A stretch of 64,000 bases of DNA from a bacterium (GTDB lineage Bacteria; Patescibacteriota; Minisyncoccia; UBA6257; GWB1-50-10). The stretch spans positions 41,590-105,589 of the forward strand of contig JAKAID010000001.1 in assembly GCA_021814545.1 (NCBI GenBank), read 5' to 3'. Under the pieces are notes generated by a model. The model had not been told where the DNA came from. It saw only the letters and a program-made list of their open reading frames with translations, and searched no databases. This document shows, piece after piece, positions 1 through 9,783 of this stretch; the stretch's first letter is position 1, and every line of letters begins with the position of its first letter. The translations under genes were made by a program, and so were the position numbers.

Positions 1-37
1 TAGTGTTTGTATTCGGTTTTGCTCGTTCCCATAACCC

Positions 38-334
38 ATGAAGGAGAGCCACGTGGCCAATACCCAGGTCGCGAAGTCCAGAATTTCCGAGTATCACAAA
101 TGGTACGTCGAGCCCTTCGACGCGCACACGAACGAAGTTGTTGCGCGCATGCTCGGCCGCGAGGAATGTGCGATGTCGTTCCGCGACGTCGACGGCGTTT
201 CCCGCGATGTCTGGAAGGTGGTTCCAGAGGAGCTCGTGAAGCTCAATCGAAGCTCTCGCCAGCTCGGGCTGAAGTTCGCGACGTTCATGTCCTACATGGA
301 TGGTCCGCTTCACCCCGTCACCCGGAGGCGTTAG
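38..334 (+). CDS. hypothetical protein (orphan cassette)
   Basis: 98-aa ORF with C-ending codons, followed by a terminator hairpin at ~348-376; true start may lie upstream. Confidence 0.6.
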   Translation: MKESHVANTQVAKSRISEYHKWYVEPFDAHTNEVVARMLGREECAMSFRDVDGVSRDVWKVVPEELVKLNRSSRQLGLKFATFMSYMDGPLHPVTRRR

Positions 335-421
335 CCTCCATCTTTTGCCCCCGCGCTCATGCGGGGGTTTCGTTTTCTTCTCGTTGCGGGCGGGTAGGAA
401 GACGGGTACACTACAGGTGAT

Positions 422-2128
422 ATGGCGAAGGAAGTCGACCTCATTAAGCAAAAACTACCCGTACTTGAGATGGTGCGTTCGTATGTGACGCTCACCCCCG
501 CGGGGAGGAGCTTTAAGGGGTTGTGTCCATTTCACCAGGAGAAGACGCCCTCGTTTATCGTGTCGCCGGACCGTGGAAGCTGGCACTGTTTTGGTTGCGG
601 GGAGGGCGGGGATATTTTCACGTTCGTGATGAAGTATGAGAACATGGAGTTCCCTGAGGCGCTAAGGTTCCTTGCCGAAAAGGCGGGGGTTCAGATACGC
701 GCGCTGAACCCGCAACATCAGCGGGAGTTCGGCGTGCTCTACGACATTAACGAGGCGGCGAAGGATTTCTATGCGGCGGCACTCGCGAAGCACGCACCCG
801 CGGTTGAATATGTGCGCTCGCGCGGGCTTGCCGATGCGACCGTAAAAGAATTCGCGCTTGGGTTCTCGCCGGGCGGCGAGGCGCTCACCCTCCACCTTAT
901 TAAGCAGGGCTTTGATGTGAACGATGCGGTGCGCGCGGGCCTTATTTATAAGACGGCGCGCAATCTCTACCGCGACCGATTTGAGGGGCGCATTATGTTC
1001 CCCATTTTCAACCAGGTGGGGAAGGTAGTCGCGTTCACCGGTCGCATTTTTGCTGCGCCAGGAGTGACGCCTCCGGACGATGCGCCAAAGTATGTGAACA
1101 GCCCCGAAACGCCGGTGTTCAACAAGTCGCGTGTGCTCTACGGATTGCACGCCTCGAAGCTCAACATCGCGCATGAGAAAACGGTCGTGGTCGTGGAGGG
1201 CCAGATGGATTTTTTGATGGCATATCAGAGCGGCGTGAAGAATGCGGTCGCGGTTTCCGGTACCGGATTCACCGAGCACCATTTGGAAAAATTGCGCCGC
1301 GTGGCGGATACGGTCGTTGCGAGTTTTGATAACGACGATGCGGGGCGGAAGGCGATGGAGCGGATGCTCGACATGTTGAACCGCTACGATTTCCATACGA
1401 AGGTCGTGAGCTTCGGGGAGTTCAAAGACCCTGCGGAGGCGCTCCAGCATGACCCTGATTATCTGCGGCGAGTTCTCGCCGAAGCGAAGCCGGCGTTCGC
1501 GTTTTTGTTCGATAAATATTTCAGTGCTGAAAAGGTGCGTTCTGATGTGGCGCTCAAAAAGCGCGTGGTGGTGCACCTCCTCACGCTCCTCAGCCACCTC
1601 AAGAGTCCGGTAGAGCGTGGAGAGTGGCTGCGTGCGCTCTCGGCCGCTTCCGGTGTGTCAGAGGCAGCGCTTCAGGAGCAGCTTGAGGCGCTCGTGGTAC
1701 CGCAGGAGAAAAAAGAGGAGGCGGAGCATGGGCCGGGCCCATTCGAGGAGAGCAGAGTGAGCCGTATCGCGAAACGGCTTCTTTCCGTCGCCTTTACAAA
1801 CGATGAACTTAAAGGTATTATTTTGAGCAATAAAGAATATATGCCTCGCGGGTTCGTGGATATCCTCGAACACCCCGAGGCGGAATCCGCAGGGATGCTC
1901 CAAATGCAATCTACCTATTTATTTGGGACCGCGGATATAAAAGAGGTGCGCGAAGAATGCGCGGAACTTCTCAAGCAACTCCAGCTTGAATATTTCAAGC
2001 GCGCGCAGGAAGGCGCCCGGGGCGAGATAAAAGAAGCGGAGCAGGCGGATGATGAGGAGAAACTTCGTGCGGCGATCGCGAAGTTCCAAGAATTTTCAAA
2101 AAAGATAAACGAACTCAAACTTCAATGA
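422..2128 (+). CDS. dnaG: DNA primase
   Basis: CPFH..C..C zinc domain, [20 protein letters not shown] and FDND. Confidence 0.98.
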   Translation: MAKEVDLIKQKLPVLEMVRSYVTLTPAGRSFKGLCPFHQEKTPSFIVSPDRGSWHCFGCGEGGDIFTFVMKYENMEFPEALRFLAEKAGVQIRALNPQHQREFGVLYDINEAAKDFYAAALAKHAPAVEYVRSRGLADATVKEFALGFSPGGEALTLHLIKQGFDVNDAVRAGLIYKTARNLYRDRFEGRIMFPIFNQVGKVVAFTGRIFAAPGVTPPDDAPKYVNSPETPVFNKSRVLYGLHASKLNIAHEKTVVVVEGQMDFLMAYQSGVKNAVAVSGTGFTEHHLEKLRRVADTVVASFDNDDAGRKAMERMLDMLNRYDFHTKVVSFGEFKDPAEALQHDPDYLRRVLAEAKPAFAFLFDKYFSAEKVRSDVALKKRVVVHLLTLLSHLKSPVERGEWLRALSAASGVSEAALQEQLEALVVPQEKKEEAEHGPGPFEESRVSRIAKRLLSVAFTNDELKGIILSNKEYMPRGFVDILEHPEAESAGMLQMQSTYLFGTADIKEVREECAELLKQLQLEYFKRAQEGARGEIKEAEQADDEEKLRAAIAKFQEFSKKINELKLQ

Positions 2129-3303
2129 AGAAAAAGAACCAGGCGAAGAAGGCGGCAAAGCCGAAGGCGGGCGCGGCTAACGCAAAGAAAATAAAGAAGG
2201 TACGGAAGCTTATCGAGGTGCCGGAAGAGTACCGCGAGCGGCTTGAGGAGCTTGTGAAGCGCGGTCGCGCGCGCGGTTTTGTGAACGATGCGGAAATTTT
2301 GAACTACTTCCCCGACATCGAGAAGAACCTCTCATTCCTTGAAGAGGTGTATGGCCGTTTGGAACAGGAGGGCATCAAGGTGCACGAAACGACCGCGCTT
2401 ATTAAGACCGTCGATACGGAGCGCGAGGAGGTTTCGGCAAAAGAATTGCAGGACGCTACGCGCATTGAGCACGACCTTCCCGATGCGGTGCAGATGTACC
2501 TGAAAGAAATCGGCAGGACGCCGCTTTTGACTTCAAAGGAAGAGAAGGAGCTTGCGCGCCGCATTGAGGCGGGCGATGAGATAGCACGCCAGAAGCTTAT
2601 CCAGGCGAACCTTCGCCTTGTGGTTTCTATCGCAAAACGGTATGTGAACCGCAGTCCGCACCTTTCCATCCTTGACCTTATTCAGGAGGGGAACATCGGC
2701 CTCTCGCGTGCGGTCGACAAATTCGACTATCGCCGCGGGTTCAAATTTTCGACGTACGCGACCTGGTGGATACGCCAGGCAGTGACCCGTGCGCTCGCGG
2801 ACTATTCGCGCACCATTCGCATTCCGGTCCACATGGTGGAGACGATTACCAAGTACACGCAGACGAAGCGCCGCCTGATGCAGGAGCTTGGGCGTGAACC
2901 ACTGCCCGAGGAGATAGCGACCGAAATGAACCTCGATGTCGAGAAGGTGCATTATATCCAGAAGATATCGCAGGAAGTCATTTCGCTTGAGACACCCATC
3001 GGCGATGATGACGAAGATTCGACGCTTTCCGATTTCATTAAAGACGAGACGAGCATGAGCCCGGACCAGCTCGCGAACGCGGCGCTGCTCCGCGACCAGA
3101 TACGCGAAGTGCTGACGGACCTTACCGAGCGCGAGCGGAAAATTCTCTCGATGCGCTTCGGACTCGAAGACAACATCCCCCACACGCTTGAGGAGGTGGG
3201 TAAGGTGTTTGGCGTTACGCGTGAACGCATCCGCCAGATCGAAGCGAAGGCACTCGATAAGATACGCAACCATAAAGACATCAAAAAGCTCGAGGGGTAT
3301 TAA
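2125..3303 (+). CDS. rpoD: RNA polymerase primary sigma factor
   Basis: [33 protein letters not shown]; ATGA overlap with dnaG. Confidence 0.97.
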   Translation: MKKKNQAKKAAKPKAGAANAKKIKKVRKLIEVPEEYRERLEELVKRGRARGFVNDAEILNYFPDIEKNLSFLEEVYGRLEQEGIKVHETTALIKTVDTEREEVSAKELQDATRIEHDLPDAVQMYLKEIGRTPLLTSKEEKELARRIEAGDEIARQKLIQANLRLVVSIAKRYVNRSPHLSILDLIQEGNIGLSRAVDKFDYRRGFKFSTYATWWIRQAVTRALADYSRTIRIPVHMVETITKYTQTKRRLMQELGREPLPEEIATEMNLDVEKVHYIQKISQEVISLETPIGDDDEDSTLSDFIKDETSMSPDQLANAALLRDQIREVLTDLTERERKILSMRFGLEDNIPHTLEEVGKVFGVTRERIRQIEAKALDKIRNHKDIKKLEGY

Positions 3304-3307
3304 GCGG

Positions 3308-3336
3308 TTGACGCGGATGGAGATAAAAAGTATGGT
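3308..3336 (+). promoter_or_regulatory. sigma70 promoter TTGACG-17-TATGGT
   Basis: consensus-like boxes at 17-nt spacing. Confidence 0.6.
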
Positions 3337-3383
3337 AGGGCAAGTTCCCTGCCATATTTTTTATCCAAGAAAGGAAGGAATCC

Positions 3384-3746
3384 ATGCGTTCCCTCTGGGG
3401 CAGATGGGCTGAACTCGAGAGCAGGGCGGTCGCGGCAGAAAAAGAGCAGATGGGGCTTGTTGTCGAGTTCATCGAGAAGCATCGGAAGCAGTTTCCCACC
3501 GTCGTGGTGACATGGGAGATAGAATCGGGCGGCATCAAGGCCGAACCCATGCTCATCCTCGCACGCCTCTCGAAGAATATCGGTTTTACTGACCGCGCAT
3601 TCTTCCGCATCGTGAGGCCGGCTATCGCGAAGGCGCCCGCGCATGCGGTGAAGCTCGACAACCGCGAGGTGCGCGCGCTCATGCGCAACACCGATTTCGT
3701 GTCGGAGGTCGCGAGCCTCCAGGGCAGACTTCCCCTCACCGGATAA
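3384..3746 (+). CDS. hypothetical protein (orphan cassette)
   Basis: SD AAGGAAGGA, own promoter and terminator. Confidence 0.7.
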   Translation: MRSLWGRWAELESRAVAAEKEQMGLVVEFIEKHRKQFPTVVVTWEIESGGIKAEPMLILARLSKNIGFTDRAFFRIVRPAIAKAPAHAVKLDNREVRALMRNTDFVSEVASLQGRLPLTG

Positions 3747-3760
3747 CCCGTTCGTTCAAT

Positions 3761-3788
3761 AACCGCCGTATACCCCGGCGGTTTTTTT
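3761..3788 (+). terminator. intrinsic terminator
   Basis: aaccgccg/cggcggtt stem plus T-tract. Confidence 0.75.
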
Positions 3789-3828
3789 CTGGAAAAAAGG
3801 CAGCGGGTGCGCTACAATGCACAATACT

Positions 3829-5601
3829 ATGGTTCGCGTGACCACGAACGAAATGCGCGAGAAGTTCCTTGCCTTTTTCAGGTCAAAAGGACATACGATA
3901 ATCCCGTCCGCTTCTCTTATTCCCGAAAATGACCCAACGGTGCTTTTCACGACCGCGGGCATGCACCCCCTGGTTCCGTATCTCCTTGGCGAAACACACC
4001 CGGGCGGCAAGCGCTTGGCGGACGTGCAAAAGTGCATCCGCACGGGCGATATTGACGAGGTGGGAGACGCAACACACCTCACTTTTTTTGAAATGCTTGG
4101 CAACTGGTCGCTCGGCGACTATTTCAAAAAAGAGGCTATCGAGTGGAGCTATGAATTTCTGACCTCGCCCGAGTGGCTGAACCTCGATAAGAACCGCCTC
4201 GCGGTATCGGTGTTCGCAGGCGACAGCGATGCGCCTTTTGATGATGAGGCGTTCGCGATATGGAGGCGGCTTGGTATTCCAGAACCGCGCATCGCAAAAC
4301 TGCCGAAAAAAAATAACTGGTGGGGGCCGGCAGGTGAGACGGGGCCGTGCGGTCCGGACACGGAGATTTTCTATTGGACAGGGGACCCGAATCAGGTGCC
4401 CACGGGCTTTAACGACGACCACCCGCTCTGGGTGGAGATTTGGAACAATGTTTTTATGCAGTACTTCAAGGATAAGGAGGGTAAGTTCACTCCCTTGAAG
4501 CAGAAAAATGTGGATACGGGGATGGGCCTTGAGCGCGTGACGGCGATTTTGAATAACACCGAGGTGTATTCGATTGATGTGTTCCAGCCCATCATTGCAC
4601 TCATCGAGAAGTTGTCAGGAAAGAAGTATGGCGAGAGCGATGAAGTAACGCGGGCGATGCGCATTATTGCCGACCACATTCGCGCGGCGACGTTTATCAT
4701 CGGCGACCCGCGCGGCATCGTGCCCTCAAATGTTGGTCAGGGGTATGTATTGCGCCGGCTCATCCGTCGTGCGGTGCGCTACGGCAAGCAGCTTGGCATT
4801 GCTGACTATTTCGCGGCACGCGTTGCTGAACAGGTTGTTGCGCAGTTCAAGACAGCGTATCCCGAGCTTGTGGCGAACCAGGGAAAAATAACGAGCGAGC
4901 TTGCGAATGAGGAAAAGAAGTTCAGCGTAGCGCTTGAGAAGGGCCTGCGTGAATTTTCAAAGCTGAAACAGATAGATGGCAAGGTTGCATTTGACCTCTA
5001 CCAGTCGTACGGCTTTCCCATCGAGCTCACGGTTGAGCTTGCACGCGAGCACGGCTTTTCGGTTGATATGAAGATGTTCGAAGAGGAGTTCAAAAAGCAT
5101 CAGGAACTCTCGCGCACGGCGTCCGCGGGCACTTTCAAAGGCGGCCTCGCGGATAATTCCGAGGTGGTGGTGAAATATCATACCGCCACACACCTGCTCC
5201 ATGAGGCGCTTCGTGAAGTGCTTGGAACTCATGTAGAACAAAAAGGGAGTAATATCACTGCCGAGCGCATGCGGTTCGATTTTTCGCACCCTGCGAAGCT
5301 CACATCCGACGAGGTAAAACGGGTTGAGGAAAAGGTGAATGAGGTTATCAAGCGCGACCTGCCTGCGCATTTTGAAATGCTTACGGTAGAAGAGGCAAAG
5401 GCGCGGGGCGCTATCGGGCTCTTTGAAGACAAGTACGCAAAACTCGGTAACAAGGTAAAAGTATATTTTATCGGCGACTATTCAAAAGAAATTTGCGGAG
5501 GGCCCCATGTGGGACATACGGGCGCTATTGGCACATTCAAAATTCAAAAAGAGGAGGCGGTTTCCGCAGGTGTGCGCAGGATTCGCGCAGTTATTTCATA
5601 A
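3829..5601 (+). CDS. alaS: alanine--tRNA ligase (short form, no C-Ala domain)
   Basis: FTTAGM, HLTFFEMLGN, editing HTATH..CGGPH, GVRRI. Confidence 0.97.
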   Translation: MVRVTTNEMREKFLAFFRSKGHTIIPSASLIPENDPTVLFTTAGMHPLVPYLLGETHPGGKRLADVQKCIRTGDIDEVGDATHLTFFEMLGNWSLGDYFKKEAIEWSYEFLTSPEWLNLDKNRLAVSVFAGDSDAPFDDEAFAIWRRLGIPEPRIAKLPKKNNWWGPAGETGPCGPDTEIFYWTGDPNQVPTGFNDDHPLWVEIWNNVFMQYFKDKEGKFTPLKQKNVDTGMGLERVTAILNNTEVYSIDVFQPIIALIEKLSGKKYGESDEVTRAMRIIADHIRAATFIIGDPRGIVPSNVGQGYVLRRLIRRAVRYGKQLGIADYFAARVAEQVVAQFKTAYPELVANQGKITSELANEEKKFSVALEKGLREFSKLKQIDGKVAFDLYQSYGFPIELTVELAREHGFSVDMKMFEEEFKKHQELSRTASAGTFKGGLADNSEVVVKYHTATHLLHEALREVLGTHVEQKGSNITAERMRFDFSHPAKLTSDEVKRVEEKVNEVIKRDLPAHFEMLTVEEAKARGAIGLFEDKYAKLGNKVKVYFIGDYSKEICGGPHVGHTGAIGTFKIQKEEAVSAGVRRIRAVIS

Positions 5602-5633
5602 GTGAATAGCTCGGTTAAGGTATAATAAATTAA

Positions 5634-7361
5634 ATGGCTGACGAGCGTCGCGATATCGTATATTTTGGCCGTACCAATTTCCGCAATCAGGACCGGCTTT
5701 TTGGTATTCGCCGCCGTGATAGGAGGCAGCACATGTACGTGATAGGGCAGACCGGCACCGGCAAGTCCAACATGATACACAACATGATCATGCAGGACAT
5801 CGCGAACGGCGAGGGGGTATGCCTCGTGGACCCGCACGGCGAGAACGTGGAGGGTATTTTGCAAAAAATCCCCGAGGAGCGTCTGAACGACGTTGTCTAT
5901 TTCAATCCCGCCGATACGGAGTTCAATATCGGTTTCAACGTACTCGAAATTCCCGACCCGAAGTACAAGCACCTTGTCGCTTCGGGCCTTATGGGTATTT
6001 TTACAAAGATTTGGTCGGGGGTGTGGTCGGCGCGCATGGAGTACATCATGAACAATGCGATTTTGGCGCTCCTCGAAACCCCCGGCACCACACTCCTTGG
6101 CATCACCCGCCTTCTTGTCGACAAGGAGTACCGCAGGGAGATAGTGGCGAATATTAAAGACCCGGTCGTGAAGGCATTTTGGGTGAACGAGTACGAGGAG
6201 TGGAAGGAGCAGTTCAGGAATGAGGCTATCGCGCCCATCCAGAACAAGGTGGGCCAGTTCCTTTCGACACCGCTCGTACGCAATATCGTGGGTCAGTCGA
6301 AGAGCACCATTGATATCGCGGAAATCATGAACTCGGGGAAGATATTCCTGGTGAACGTGTCAAAGGGGCGCATTGGTGAAGACAACTCGGCGCTCCTTGG
6401 CGCCATGCTTATCACGAAAATCCAGCTTGCGGCGATGGAGCGCGTGCGCATCCCCGAAGAAGAGCGCATCGATTTCTATCTGTATGTCGACGAGTTCCAG
6501 AATTTTGCCACGGATTCGTTCGCGAATATTCTTTCCGAAGCGCGCAAATACTATTTGAACCTTATTCTCGCGCATCAGTACATTGGCCAGCTTGTGACGG
6601 ACGCCTCGACCAAGGTGCGCGATGCCGTATTCGGCAACGTAGGTACCATGGTAACGTTCCGCGTAGGCGCGACAGACGCCGCATTCTTGGAAAAAGAATT
6701 CGAACCAGAATTTGGCATTCAGGACATGGTGAATTTGCCGAACTATCACATTTATCTGAAGCTCCTCGTGGGTGGCGTGCGCAGCAGACCGTTCTCAGCG
6801 ACGACCCTGCCGCCGCTTGAACTTGCAGCGTCGGGCGATATCGCCGCGCGCGTTATCCAAAATTCCCGAAAGCGCTATGCACTGCCGAGCAGCGTGGTTG
6901 AGGAAGATATACAGAACTGGAGTAGTGCGGGGGCGAAACCAGAGAATGAGGCAGATTGTATGAATTGCGGAAAGCATGTGAAGCTTCCTTTTACGCCATC
7001 GCCTGGGCGGCCGGTATATTGCCCCGATTGTTATGCGAAAGTGAAGTCGGGCGAGATAAAGTCGGCGCGGGTGACCGAGCGTGAACGCAAGGGAGGGGAA
7101 GCCGAATATCTTGGGTCCGAACAGCCCATACAGCGGCCCGAACGTCCGCAGGGTGCACGCCAGGGTCCTGCGCGCCCCGCAAGGAAAGCAACTATCGTCC
7201 GCGAGGGTCATACCGCAAAAGAGGCGGAACGTCCCGCGATAAGTTTGCGCGAATTGAAGCCCGTAGTGCCAAAAGAAGAGAAGCCGCGCACGCAAGGGGC
7301 GCAAAACTTGAGCGAACTTCGAAGGTCGCTTGAAGAGGCGATAGGGAAATTGAAGAAATAA
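5634..7361 (+). CDS. TraD/VirB4/HerA-like P-loop ATPase with CxxC-x17-CxxC domain
   Basis: Walker A GQTGTGKS, DPHG, YVDEFQ, SEARKY; CMNC-x17-CPDC. Confidence 0.85.
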   Translation: MADERRDIVYFGRTNFRNQDRLFGIRRRDRRQHMYVIGQTGTGKSNMIHNMIMQDIANGEGVCLVDPHGENVEGILQKIPEERLNDVVYFNPADTEFNIGFNVLEIPDPKYKHLVASGLMGIFTKIWSGVWSARMEYIMNNAILALLETPGTTLLGITRLLVDKEYRREIVANIKDPVVKAFWVNEYEEWKEQFRNEAIAPIQNKVGQFLSTPLVRNIVGQSKSTIDIAEIMNSGKIFLVNVSKGRIGEDNSALLGAMLITKIQLAAMERVRIPEEERIDFYLYVDEFQNFATDSFANILSEARKYYLNLILAHQYIGQLVTDASTKVRDAVFGNVGTMVTFRVGATDAAFLEKEFEPEFGIQDMVNLPNYHIYLKLLVGGVRSRPFSATTLPPLELAASGDIAARVIQNSRKRYALPSSVVEEDIQNWSSAGAKPENEADCMNCGKHVKLPFTPSPGRPVYCPDCYAKVKSGEIKSARVTERERKGGEAEYLGSEQPIQRPERPQGARQGPARPARKATIVREGHTAKEAERPAISLRELKPVVPKEEKPRTQGAQNLSELRRSLEEAIGKLKK

Positions 7362-7387
7362 AAAATCCCCCGAGCGGGGGATTTTTT
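7360..7387. terminator. bidirectional terminator
   Basis: aaaaaatccccc/gggggatttttt between convergent genes. Confidence 0.8.
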
Positions 7388-7388
7388 A

Positions 7389-7970
7389 TTAGCTCTTATC
7401 GACGCGCTCGACGTATTCGCCGGTCGTCGTGTTTACTTTGACAACATCTCCTTCGTTGATGAAGAGGGGAACATTCACATTTGCGCCCGACTCAAGCACT
7501 ACTGATTTCGTGCCGCCCTGCGCCGTGTTGCCCTTTATTGCGGGAGGAGCTTCTACAACTTTAAGGTCCATTTTTACGGGAAGTTCGATGTTCACGAACT
7601 TGTCGCCGTACTTGTATGATTTCACTTCCGTGCTCGGTTTCAGGAACTTCGCGGCATCGCCGAGGAGGTCGGTAGTAAGGGAGAAGCGGTTTTTCGGGTT
7701 TCCTTTTTCGTTAAACCAGTACTGGCCTTTGGTTTCATAGATGAATATCACCGGAAGCATATCAATTTCCGCCTCGCGGAAGTCTTCATTCTGGTGCGCG
7801 GCATATTCGAGCACTTTGCCCGTTAAAAGATTCTTAATTTTTAACTGTGCGACCGGCTTCCTCTGCTGCATGCGGATGAAGGCATATTCTTTCACCTCAT
7901 ACGGGTCTGGGTCGTCGTTCTTGGTGAATATGGTACCGATCTTCAATTCGTTATATGCGAGTTGTGCCAT
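7389..7970 (-). CDS. efp: elongation factor P
   Basis: KGNTAQGGTK, VPLFINEGD, GEYVER. Confidence 0.95.
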   Translation of the reverse strand: MAQLAYNELKIGTIFTKNDDPDPYEVKEYAFIRMQQRKPVAQLKIKNLLTGKVLEYAAHQNEDFREAEIDMLPVIFIYETKGQYWFNEKGNPKNRFSLTTDLLGDAAKFLKPSTEVKSYKYGDKFVNIELPVKMDLKVVEAPPAIKGNTAQGGTKSVVLESGANVNVPLFINEGDVVKVNTTTGEYVERVDKS

Positions 7971-8035
7971 AGCAGGGGTTATTATACGGAAAATTTGAAA
8001 AAAGGCAACCGATGCAATATGATTTCCCGTATCCT

Positions 8036-9211
8036 ATGTCAAGGATGGCGATGAGAACAAAGGGGAGGGTATTCGTGGGGATGTCCGGCGGAGTGGATAG
8101 CTCCGTTGCGGCGTTTCTGTTGAGGCGCGCGGGGTATGACGTTACGGGTGTCTTTATCAAGTGCTACAACATCGACGGGTGTGCGGAGCGTGATGCAGAG
8201 GATGCGCGCCGGGTCGCGGGGCAGCTTGAGATTCCTTTCTATGTGTTCGATCTCGAGAAGGAGTATAAAAAGAAAGTGGTGCAATACATGATAGACGGAT
8301 ACAAGGCGGGCATTACGCCGAATCCGGACGTGATGTGCAACAAAGAGATAAAGTTCGGACTGTTTCTGAAACGCGCCTTGTCGCTTGGGGCTGACTATGT
8401 GGCAACGGGGCACTACGTGAAACTTATTAATTCGCTTCGCGCCCCCTCGGAGAGTGTCTCCGGGGCGACGCCCAAGTCTTACTCTCCTCGCGGGCGCGAA
8501 GCTTCTTCCCTTTCTCTCGCGATAGCAGAGGACAAGAATAAAGACCAGTCATACTTTTTGTGGACGCTTACGCAGAACGAGCTGCGGCACTGCCTCTTTC
8601 CGCTCGGAGAACTCACAAAACCGGAGGTGCGCGCCATTGCGAAGAAGGCAGGACTTGTGACCGCAGAAAAGAAAGATTCGCAGGGCATCTGCTTTTTAGG
8701 AATGGTGGATCTCAAAAGTTTTTTAAAAAAATACATCAAGACAAAGAAGGGAGAGGTGCTTTCGACCGAGGGCGAGGGTATCGGCGAGCATGATGGCGCG
8801 CAGTTCTACACGATAGGGCAGAGGCACGGGTTCCGATTAACGGCGCCCGTTAGAAAGGGCGCGCACGAAACGCAGCCGCACTATGTGGTGGGGAAGGACG
8901 TAAGACATAACACCATCACCGTTGCGGAAGGGAGCGCACATAACGCGCTCTTCAGAAAAACGCTTTTGCTCGCGAACGTGAATATCGTCACCCCAGTAAA
9001 GCAAACGGAGAAGGTCTTGGCACGCGTGCGCTATCGGCAGCCACTTTCGCCCGCAACGCTTGCTAAAAAAGGCGCGGGCGCAAAAACGCGCTATGTGCTT
9101 ACGTTTGCGAAGTCCCAAAAGTTCGTTGCGGAGGGGCAATCAGCTGTTTTCTACAAAAAGGGAGGGGGGCTGGTCGGGGGAGGTATTATCGTGTATAATG
9201 GTTTGGCATGA
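8036..9211 (+). CDS. mnmA: tRNA 2-thiouridylase with in-frame palindromic insertion
   Basis: SGGVDS, PNPDVMCN, ATGHY, KDQSY, DSQGICF, TIGQR; start uncertain (8036-8051). Confidence 0.95.
   Translation: MSRMAMRTKGRVFVGMSGGVDSSVAAFLLRRAGYDVTGVFIKCYNIDGCAERDAEDARRVAGQLEIPFYVFDLEKEYKKKVVQYMIDGYKAGITPNPDVMCNKEIKFGLFLKRALSLGADYVATGHYVKLINSLRAPSESVSGATPKSYSPRGREASSLSLAIAEDKNKDQSYFLWTLTQNELRHCLFPLGELTKPEVRAIAKKAGLVTAEKKDSQGICFLGMVDLKSFLKKYIKTKKGEVLSTEGEGIGEHDGAQFYTIGQRHGFRLTAPVRKGAHETQPHYVVGKDVRHNTITVAEGSAHNALFRKTLLLANVNIVTPVKQTEKVLARVRYRQPLSPATLAKKGAGAKTRYVLTFAKSQKFVAEGQSAVFYKKGGGLVGGGIIVYNGLA
8434..8502. repeat. 69-bp palindromic element inserted in-frame in mnmA
   Basis: IR gcttcgcgccc/gggcgcgaagc; 29-bp core 8454-8482 identical to 18236-18264. 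Confidence 0.85.
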
Positions 9212-9768
9212 AAAAGATATTCGGAGTTATTGCCGTAATAGCTTTGTTTTTTGCGGTTTTCCCGTTCGCACGCGCGGAGTCGAAGGTGCCTGTTAAGGCG
9301 TCCGCAACCTCGAGTCAGCCCACGAAGTGGGATATTTTGAATTTGATGCAGCACGGCGCGCTCCAAGCGACCTCGTCCTATGAAGCGACGTTCACCGATG
9401 ATGAAATAAACGAATTTTTGAACCAGGAGCTTGCTCAGCACAAAATGACATGGTTCGTTGACCGTGCGGCGGTACAGTTCCACGCGGATTCGGCGGATAT
9501 CACGCTTCACGTATTGCGCCCCTTTGCGGGAGACTTAGCGGTGAACGTGGTGCCGCAGGTCGCGGATGGTGAGGCAAGCATGGTAATCAATTCATCGTGG
9601 TACGGGTATCTCCCGTGGCCCTCGTCATTCTTCGAGCGCGTAGGCGATTTCATTTTGAAAAAAAAGACGATAGACGATTGGTTTTCGATCGAGAATGGGA
9701 AGTGGGACGCGATAACGCTGAGCGATGGCTCGGTTACCGTGAAAGTAAGTGGAACGGGCGAGAAATAA
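9208..9768 (+). CDS. exported hypothetical protein
   Basis: signal peptide (ARA), -10 box just upstream. Confidence 0.75.
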   Translation: MKKIFGVIAVIALFFAVFPFARAESKVPVKASATSSQPTKWDILNLMQHGALQATSSYEATFTDDEINEFLNQELAQHKMTWFVDRAAVQFHADSADITLHVLRPFAGDLAVNVVPQVADGEASMVINSSWYGYLPWPSSFFERVGDFILKKKTIDDWFSIENGKWDAITLSDGSVTVKVSGTGEK

Positions 9769-9783
9769 ATAGTGTGCGCTGAA

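Noticed and set aside
8843-8862. Second small hairpin in mnmA (gcgccc/gggcgc)
   Set aside because: A 6-bp stem in GC-rich DNA is expected by chance.
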